DNA of 64,000 nucleotides from a virus: IMG/VR virus record IMGVR_UViG_3300032893_000027, positions 11,367 to 75,366 of that record; one strand, 5' to 3'. Shown piece by piece: positions 58,034 to 64,000 of this stretch (position 1 is its first letter; each line of letters starts with the position of its first letter). The notes under the pieces were generated by a model. It saw only the letters and a program-made list of their open reading frames with translations, ran no database searches and was not told where the DNA came from. The position numbers and the translations under genes were made by a program.

Positions 58034-58238
58034 ATACTCTAAACCTAAACGCGGCCGGGGAGCACCACGAAAAGAGGAAGGTCGAAAGAAATTCACTACG
58101 ATCTCGATAGAGAGAGATCTATATGATTTTCTTCACGAAAAGGCTAATGAGCTTGAGTCCACTCTTGGGTTTAAGCCCACTTCCTCACAGGTTCTTCGGC
58201 ATGTAATTCTGAGTAAAGCCGAAGGAGGACAAAGGTGA
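58020..58238 (+). CDS. Small DNA-binding protein (AT-hook-like plus ribbon-helix-helix-like)
   Basis: KRGRGAPRK..FTTISIERDLYDFLHEKA. Confidence 0.5.
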   Translation: MKVVEYSKPKRGRGAPRKEEGRKKFTTISIERDLYDFLHEKANELESTLGFKPTSSQVLRHVILSKAEGGQR

Positions 58239-58486
58239 CATGGGACCATAGGGTTATTTTCCACAAAAATGATCCATATGAGCAATGGTATGGTATCCAC
58301 GAATGCTTCTATGACAATCCGAGAGATGAAATACCGACTTCTTGGACTGAGGAGCCTATTCAAGTTATAAGTGATTCACCAGAAGGCTTGCTTTGGACCC
58401 TTGAAAAGATGAGATTGGCCGTCGAAAAGGCTGTGCTTGTTATAGACGGAGAAAAGCTTAAGAAAGCCGAAGGCCGCCCCGACTAG
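58235..58486 (+). CDS. Hypothetical protein
   Basis: WDHRV..YGIHECFY..SWTE. Confidence 0.6.
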   Translation: MTWDHRVIFHKNDPYEQWYGIHECFYDNPRDEIPTSWTEEPIQVISDSPEGLLWTLEKMRLAVEKAVLVIDGEKLKKAEGRPD

Positions 58487-58528
58487 TCGGAACGGCCCTC
58501 AACTAGCTTACTGTACCCTTACCTCACC

Positions 58529-58885
58529 TTAAGAAGAGGCAGCTACCGTAGGAGCCGGAGCAGCGGCAGCAGGCGCAGCAGCAGCGGGAGTGTTGGCGGT
58601 AACAGCCGCAGACAGAGCCGCGTTGTTAGCCTCAACAGATGCCGAGAGAGCGTCAATCGCAGCCTGAACGGTCGGGTCGGAAGTGACGTTCTTCAGGTCC
58701 GAAATCTGCTGCGACAGGTTGCTCAAAAGAGTCTGAACGGAAGCGATAACCGTGGTCTGAGCCGCCACGTCCGCCTGTAGTTTGGTGAAGTCAGCCATGA
58801 TTACCCTCAATTGCTGTTGGATTGCGGCTAATTCCGCCTTCAGGAACTCGTCCGGTGAGTGAGTGACATGAAGTTGGAGTTTCAT
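58529..58885 (-). CDS. Ala-rich coiled-coil protein
   Basis: Heptad pattern; alternative start at MADFTK. Confidence 0.55.
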   Translation of the reverse strand: MKLQLHVTHSPDEFLKAELAAIQQQLRVIMADFTKLQADVAAQTTVIASVQTLLSNLSQQISDLKNVTSDPTVQAAIDALSASVEANNAALSAAVTANTPAAAAPAAAAPAPTVAASS

Positions 58886-58936
58886 CGCGGACTCGTTATA
58901 TCACTATATTGTGAAGATTGCGAGACAGCGTAAAAT

Positions 58937-59314
58937 TTATTTACTGTTGCACGGGCACGGTCTGGGCTTAGGGAGCGGAACATGCGCCTTGGCCCTAAGG
59001 CCGTGCTTTTTCTTTACGGGCGCGGGATCAGACCTGTTCACGACAGGCGGCACGATCTTAACTGGCGGCGGAACGACCTTGACGTCCTGAGCCCACGACG
59101 GAATTGGTGGCGGTAGCGGATGAACCGCTTTCTTGGATAATGACCAAAAGAACCATCCTGCCCCGCCTAGCAGAATGAGAAAAAAGACGATAAGTGCTTT
59201 TTTCTTACGTTCCAAGATCATATACACCGAAAGGAAGACCAACGCGACTACGAAGCAAATCGCTCCGATGATCGTCACGTCATGTATGAATATTACTTCC
59301 TCTAGCTTGTCCAT
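58937..59314 (-). CDS. Membrane protein (2 TM plus Pro-rich tail)
   Basis: Two hydrophobic helices. Confidence 0.55.
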   Translation of the reverse strand: MDKLEEVIFIHDVTIIGAICFVVALVFLSVYMILERKKKALIVFFLILLGGAGWFFWSLSKKAVHPLPPPIPSWAQDVKVVPPPVKIVPPVVNRSDPAPVKKKHGLRAKAHVPLPKPRPCPCNSK

Positions 59315-59691
59315 GTCAATATTTTTTCAGGCTCTAAATAGTAGACTGGCTTTCTACTATCCTTAAAAGATTGTATCTCGTGGGTAACACCATAAGACTT
59401 TTCCCACGTATCCAGCATTAACACAATCATGGCGTCTGCCTTGGCCATGATGGCTTCATCAAATTTAATCCAGATGGCATGCGACAAAGGGTCGACGTTG
59501 CCGTAGGTCGCCAGCGGATGCGTGTGGGCAATTGGACTATAGACATTGATGCCCATCTGCATCAGCTTGCAGGTCAACCGACAAGCCTCGACAAACGCTA
59601 GGTGTATCCCTAGCGGGTATTTGGTGTATGGTGATCCCACATAAACAAGAGGAAATTGCCTTAGTTCGTCAATAATCTTGCTCGTCGTCAT
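59302..59691 (-). CDS. DUF1937 / nucleoside-deoxyribosyltransferase-like protein
   Basis: YVGSPYT..YSPIAHTH..D..WEKSYGVTHEI. Confidence 0.7.
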   Translation of the reverse strand: MTTSKIIDELRQFPLVYVGSPYTKYPLGIHLAFVEACRLTCKLMQMGINVYSPIAHTHPLATYGNVDPLSHAIWIKFDEAIMAKADAMIVLMLDTWEKSYGVTHEIQSFKDSRKPVYYLEPEKILTWTS

Positions 59692-59917
59692 ATTCAGTAT
59701 CCCTAAATCTCGTCCGAGCCCCTCCGGTAGCTTTTCCATCCACAAAGGCTTGGAACTGGAGCTTACCGTTTTTGATCCTAAAATTTGTTCTATGAACTAG
59801 TCCACAATGACAACACTGGTCCTTAAACCCACGCCAAGGAATTGGTACCCATTCACCATTGGTGACTTGGTAGTATTCCTCTTTTTTCTTTATACTTTTA
59901 GAACTTTTCCCCGCCAT
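59669..59917 (-). CDS. Small Cys-motif protein
   Basis: CCHCGLVH. Confidence 0.55.
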   Translation of the reverse strand: MAGKSSKSIKKKEEYYQVTNGEWVPIPWRGFKDQCCHCGLVHRTNFRIKNGKLQFQAFVDGKATGGARTRFRDTEYDDEQDY

Positions 59918-60645
59918 TGGACCGAATCCTCGGAAAACTTGGTTACGAGTTCAGGCCATAAAAGCCGCCCAGCGTTGAAAGTTAGCACACCAAAGCCAGA
60001 AACCCAATTCTTTGGGTTGTCCTCTGTATACTCAAAGGCAGGATGATCGGTATCCGCCATACAGCCGGTATCTACCCCCCATCTAGTACCGCGAAAATCT
60101 GTAAATTGACGCACAGCAGCAGAATGAAGATGGCCAGTAATAATAGTACACCCAGCATGCAAAACATTCGCGAAAGTTGCGTTAGCCCCACCTTTGTATC
60201 GATGTTTAACCAAAATATCGTTGTTGATTTCGCAACTCCAACACTTTTCCCAGCATGGGTTGAAGTGGTCGCTTAGATGTATCCCCTTGATATTCCTATA
60301 TTCTCTTGCAACCTGAGCGAGTCTTGTCTCAAATCTAGCGTCGTGGTTGCCCAACGTCCACACCTTACGACTCCCCTTGGGGGCCGCTTGCTCTATTTCA
60401 TGTAAATGGTATTGAGCCGTCTCAATCTCTTCAATAGGTGAAGGAATGGTTTCCCACTTCAGGGGAGGGTGGCGACTGATCTGGGGGAAATCCAGAACGT
60501 CACCATTAAGGATCACCGCTTTTGGCTGTAACTCCTTGACAAACCTCTTAAATGCCCGGAGAGCCACCGATTCTGACCCCGGCCATAGATGTAAGTCGGA
60601 ACCTATTAAGACGATACCATTCTTAATTTCAATCTTTTGGGCCAT
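59890..60645 (-). CDS. Calcineurin-like metallophosphoesterase
   Basis: SDLH, NGDVLD, GNHD, GHLH. Confidence 0.85.
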   Translation of the reverse strand: MAQKIEIKNGIVLIGSDLHLWPGSESVALRAFKRFVKELQPKAVILNGDVLDFPQISRHPPLKWETIPSPIEEIETAQYHLHEIEQAAPKGSRKVWTLGNHDARFETRLAQVAREYRNIKGIHLSDHFNPCWEKCWSCEINNDILVKHRYKGGANATFANVLHAGCTIITGHLHSAAVRQFTDFRGTRWGVDTGCMADTDHPAFEYTEDNPKNWVSGFGVLTFNAGRLLWPELVTKFSEDSVQWRGKVLKV

Positions 60646-61102
60646 TTTCGCCCCTTATGTATTCAAGTATCTTTAATATCGCCTCTTCAGTGTCACCAAT
60701 CTTTCCTATTGCAAGATTGTGATTATCACACAACAATCCTCTTACCCGGCCGGTATCGTGGCAATGATCTATTCTAAGAACCCCATGCCTTTCATCTTCC
60801 GCCCGCTTGTCGCATAGAGCGCACTTACCGCCCTGTTTTTCAAGCAACTCCAAGTACTTATCTTCAGTAATGCCATACTTGGCCTTTAGGCAATATTGCC
60901 GACGCCTAGACTTCCATTTCTCGGGGTTTTTTAGGTTATCCTTCCTAACCCACTCCCGCATATACGAATTGCGCCTTTCCCTATTTGCCTTGCGCCATTC
61001 GCCATTTCTGACTATTTCAGAATCTCGATTTTTCCAATAGAACTTTTTGGCACTAACCTTATGAGATTCGCTACTCAAGAAAGAGCCCCCGGAATGAAGC
61101 AC
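60629..61102 (-). CDS. Endonuclease VII-like homing endonuclease
   Basis: KYGIT..QGGKCALC..IDHCHDTGRVRGLLCDNHN; start uncertain. Confidence 0.8.
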   Translation of the reverse strand: MLHSGGSFLSSESHKVSAKKFYWKNRDSEIVRNGEWRKANRERRNSYMREWVRKDNLKNPEKWKSRRRQYCLKAKYGITEDKYLELLEKQGGKCALCDKRAEDERHGVLRIDHCHDTGRVRGLLCDNHNLAIGKIGDTEEAILKILEYIRGENGPKD

Positions 61103-61440
61103 CTAATTGAGGTGCCGTTATATCCTTTGATAGGCCAAACAAGAGCCGGTCCATAGAGATTAGGTTGATCCACAACAGCATCGTCAGGTACATCAATCCA
61201 TTCCCCATCGAGTTTGACCTTGTAGTGACCGTTATCAGAGGTCCAGTCCGGGTCTGAGAGTACGGTGGCATCACTGCCTGAGCAGCAGACCCCCTTCTTG
61301 GAATAAAGCCCCTTCATCCATTCTGTGGCTGCTGGATTGCCGTTTGGATCGTGAGCTTTGGCTGGCGCCACAAGAAACCAGCCAAGAACAAAACCGATTA
61401 GAAATGCCAGTAAGTAAGTACGCCAAGGTTCATTAATCAT
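61075..61440 (-). CDS. Secreted Cys-containing protein of the lysis region
   Basis: Signal peptide ending AKA-H; CCSGSD..RCFIPG. Confidence 0.6.
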   Translation of the reverse strand: MINEPWRTYLLAFLIGFVLGWFLVAPAKAHDPNGNPAATEWMKGLYSKKGVCCSGSDATVLSDPDWTSDNGHYKVKLDGEWIDVPDDAVVDQPNLYGPALVWPIKGYNGTSIRCFIPGALS

Positions 61441-61444
61441 GCAT

Positions 61445-61702
61445 TTAGTGCCTTGAGAGTAAATACAATACATATCCTAGTATGCCTGTGACAAGGAAGC
61501 CTGTTGCGGCCATTAATCCACGGCTTTTTACGATTTCCATGCTTTCTCGCCAGCCTCTGAGGTGGGCGAAGTCCTTTTGGAGCTTGACAAGCTCGTCAGG
61601 ATTGAGGGCGTTGATGCCGAGGACGAGGAAAATCCGGTTGACGACCTGTTCGGCCACCTCTTTGGCCACATCCTCCGTGGTTGGCGGGTTAGTTTCGGCC
61701 AT
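61445..61702 (-). CDS. Membrane protein (C-terminal TM)
   Basis: QKDFAHLR followed by a hydrophobic C-terminus. Confidence 0.55.
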   Translation of the reverse strand: MAETNPPTTEDVAKEVAEQVVNRIFLVLGINALNPDELVKLQKDFAHLRGWRESMEIVKSRGLMAATGFLVTGILGYVLYLLSRH

Positions 61703-61710
61703 TGTCGCCC

Positions 61711-62100
61711 CTATTTGCTAAAGATCTTGCTCACCCGCTCAACCGCTGTGGCACCAAAGTATGATATCACAATCGTCTGGCAGACATACCATAGATTGGG
61801 GTCAATGGCGTCGGTCGTCCCTAGACCTAGACATTTGTCCCAAATTATGACTTTGAAGATGAACACGATGAACGGCAGGGCGAATAATGGCCGGATGATA
61901 GCTGTGTACCAATGCCCCTGTTCGGCGATTAAAAGCTGAGTAGCCTGCGCTCTGGCGGCGATTTCAGCCTGAATCTCGGCCTCTAGCAGTTCGAGGGCCT
62001 TCTGGTCGGTGCTATCTTGGAGCTTAAGACGGGCCTTATAGGCGTCGAGGGCCGACTGGAGAAGTGGCCCCGTGAGGAAGCTTAGGAGCCAAGTCCACAT
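61711..62100 (-). CDS. Putative holin (3TM/GTA-holin-like)
   Basis: IRPLFALP..IISYFG; next to the endolysin. Confidence 0.55.
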   Translation of the reverse strand: MWTWLLSFLTGPLLQSALDAYKARLKLQDSTDQKALELLEAEIQAEIAARAQATQLLIAEQGHWYTAIIRPLFALPFIVFIFKVIIWDKCLGLGTTDAIDPNLWYVCQTIVISYFGATAVERVSKIFSK

Positions 62101-62352
62101 TTAGTGCTGGCCCCACCCCAAGATGCTTCGCAATCTTGCGATAAAGACCACCACTGAGATGCCAATCATGATCCAGCCGAGGATCTGAGGATAGGTACTC
62201 AAGGCTTCCCTCAGTTCAGCCTTGAAGTTATCGTCCCCTACGATAAGGCCAAGCGTATCAATAAATTGCAACACAATGCCAATCGCCGCGACGACGTAGG
62301 ATACCGCCACGGTGCAGGAATGTAGGCAGAAGGCTTTGACCCTCGCCCACAT
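62101..62352 (-). CDS. Putative holin-like 2-TM protein
   Basis: Two TM segments, lysis cassette. Confidence 0.5.
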   Translation of the reverse strand: MWARVKAFCLHSCTVAVSYVVAAIGIVLQFIDTLGLIVGDDNFKAELREALSTYPQILGWIMIGISVVVFIARLRSILGWGQH

Positions 62353-62358
62353 GGGGCA

Positions 62359-62508
62359 TTACAGCTTGGCTTTGAGAGCCGCAAGCTTGGCTTCTAGGGA
62401 GGCAACAGCAGCTTCATTGGTCGTCCAGAAGCTCTGCATCCAATCCTTACCCACCCAAACCAATGCGCCCCCGCCGATAAATCCGCAGATAGCACCAAAT
62501 AACCACAT
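62359..62508 (-). CDS. Small membrane protein
   Basis: GAGGAA RBS; MWLFGAICGFIGG. Confidence 0.5.
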   Translation of the reverse strand: MWLFGAICGFIGGGALVWVGKDWMQSFWTTNEAAVASLEAKLAALKAKL

Positions 62509-62509
62509 G

Positions 62510-63274
62510 CTAGTTCCTCTTGAATAGTGACATGAAGGCTTGGAATAGCTTGCCCAAGCCACTCACGGCAGGTTGCGCTGCTGGGTTGATAGGTACCACA
62601 TTCGACGCCACAATAACAGAGGGAGACTCTGGAGCCTTGGGCAATGGAATAGCCACGTTCAGGGCTTTCCATTTCGCCAACCATTGTTGACGCTCAGAAT
62701 ACCCGATTAGTCCTCCGTTGAGCCGGAGCGTGACTTGATGGATATCGTCCGAGAGCGCCGGTAATAGACAACCGCATAGGACGAAATCGGCTGCCCCACA
62801 TTCCATGAAGTTAGCAGGGAGGTTAACCAATTCCGGATGATTGATGAGATCAAGTCCCACCTTTGCGCCAAGTTTTGCATAGCCTTCCTTTCCTGTTACC
62901 TGAGTAGCGCCCCGACCTCGGAAGTTGTAGCCATCATCTGTACCGATGGCGTTGCCCATTCGGCCGTTATACACCTTGTTCCCGAGGGCTCGTGGATTAT
63001 GGGCGTAGGGCAGGGCCTCGCTGATGGATCGGAAGCGAGTCGGCCACACCTCTGTCATACGGGCAGCGGTGTAGTTAAGGTTCTCCTCAACATCCAGCCC
63101 TGCACCGCACTCATGACTAATCTGCGCCATGAATTGATTCATGGCTGTCTTGGTGTTGATGCCGTAAGTTTCGAAGACCCGAGAAGCCGTATCAACCATA
63201 GCCCGGCGAAGGCCCGGAATCTTAACATCCCCATTCGGCCACAGGCGGAATAGGGCATCCTCAAAGCTAGTCAT
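62510..63274 (-). CDS. Endolysin, glycoside hydrolase family 19
   Basis: FMAQISHEC..EENLNY..YNGRMGN..DGYNFRGRG..QVTGKEGY..LNGG. Confidence 0.88.
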   Translation of the reverse strand: MTSFEDALFRLWPNGDVKIPGLRRAMVDTASRVFETYGINTKTAMNQFMAQISHECGAGLDVEENLNYTAARMTEVWPTRFRSISEALPYAHNPRALGNKVYNGRMGNAIGTDDGYNFRGRGATQVTGKEGYAKLGAKVGLDLINHPELVNLPANFMECGAADFVLCGCLLPALSDDIHQVTLRLNGGLIGYSERQQWLAKWKALNVAIPLPKAPESPSVIVASNVVPINPAAQPAVSGLGKLFQAFMSLFKRN

Positions 63275-63286
63275 GGCGCCCCGCCC

Positions 63287-63658
63287 CTAGTCCCAACGGG
63301 GTTTAACTATACTCCCGTTGAACTTTCGATATCCCATCTTTTTCTTTTTAGCACTTATACCGAGGTGAGTCTTCCTCTTTTTTGCCACGATTGATTTTTC
63401 TTTGACGTCCTCTTTAGTCTTTAGATCGTGTACGTTCTTAAGTACAGGAGCCAGATTAGACTCACAGTGTTCCCCACCATTAACAAGAGCAACAATATGA
63501 TCGCAATCCCAGCGTTCACCAGCCCTAATTTTACGGCCAGAACGATAGCAAGTCCCGTTATACTTATCGAATACACGTAGCCGAACACGAGGAGGGATAG
63601 GGCTATCATGAGTCTTTCCCCGCCATTCCTTGGTAGACCTCACCGCTGTATCTTCCAC
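63287..63658 (-). CDS. HNH endonuclease
   Basis: WDCDHIVALVNGGEHCESNL..H..KT. Confidence 0.8.
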   Translation of the reverse strand: MEDTAVRSTKEWRGKTHDSPIPPRVRLRVFDKYNGTCYRSGRKIRAGERWDCDHIVALVNGGEHCESNLAPVLKNVHDLKTKEDVKEKSIVAKKRKTHLGISAKKKKMGYRKFNGSIVKPRWD

Positions 63659-63858
63659 GATTGAGGATTACCGGGGAATAGGCCATCATCGAATGGAACC
63701 ACGTCCGGCCTGCTGAGGATCTTCTGGGCGTCCTCCTGAGAGACAGGGCCTCCCGGTATCACATAGAATTCCTTGCCGGAGGAGCAATGCATTAGCATCA
63801 GACGGGCACCCTTGACGGAAAGCTTATCCATAGCCCTGTCATAGGTCGAACGTCTCAT
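63640..63858 (-). CDS. Hypothetical protein
   Basis: Coupled ORF; DGLFPG. Confidence 0.5.
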   Translation of the reverse strand: MRRSTYDRAMDKLSVKGARLMLMHCSSGKEFYVIPGGPVSQEDAQKILSRPDVVPFDDGLFPGNPQSWKIQR

Positions 63859-64000
63859 TGGCCAAAGATCCCTAAATCGGGGTGGAAACTCATGGGCAAC
63901 ATACCCTTTCGGCCACAGACTGGTTCATTGCGAACCTTGCAGACGGTTATCTGGGACTCGTTTGATCCTTCGATTCTGGCAACACAGACGCCCCAGTCGG

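Overview
This 64-kb window is part of a tailed dsDNA phage genome. It looks podovirus-like (P22-type portal, adaptor, nozzle and ejection layout, no tape measure or sheath) and probably infects Alphaproteobacteria, judging by GAAC-N7-GAAC LexA boxes. Positions 1-36.1 kb (minus strand) hold the morphogenesis module: terL, portal, GroES-like protein, scaffold, major capsid, Ser/Thr-rich surface proteins, Trp-rich repeat proteins, tail and ejection proteins, and a 1290-aa kinase+ART polyvalent protein. Positions 36.1-44.2 kb (plus strand) hold an 8-enzyme-gene pseudaminic-acid-type nonulosonic acid cluster: PseH-like GNAT, methylase, formyltransferase, Gfo/Idh/MocA oxidoreductase, PseF fused to a class III aminotransferase, PseB, PseC and PseI. 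Positions 44-58.5 kb carry small early-type genes, two ArdC-like paralogues, an AAA ATPase and an isolated antisense terS. Positions 58.5-64 kb (minus) carry the lysis genes and nucleases. The best candidate new system is a phage-encoded sialic-acid-like glycosylation pathway: the sugar cluster, a Maf/sialyltransferase-fold gene inside the virion module, and Ser/Thr-enriched virion proteins as likely acceptors. Other signals are a di-glycine (xxGGxV) motif that delimits modules in cargo proteins, a probable -1 frameshift, a LexA-box cluster in a convergent non-coding region, repeated bulged leader hairpins and two pseudoknot-capable elements. All calls come from reading motifs by eye; no database searches were run.
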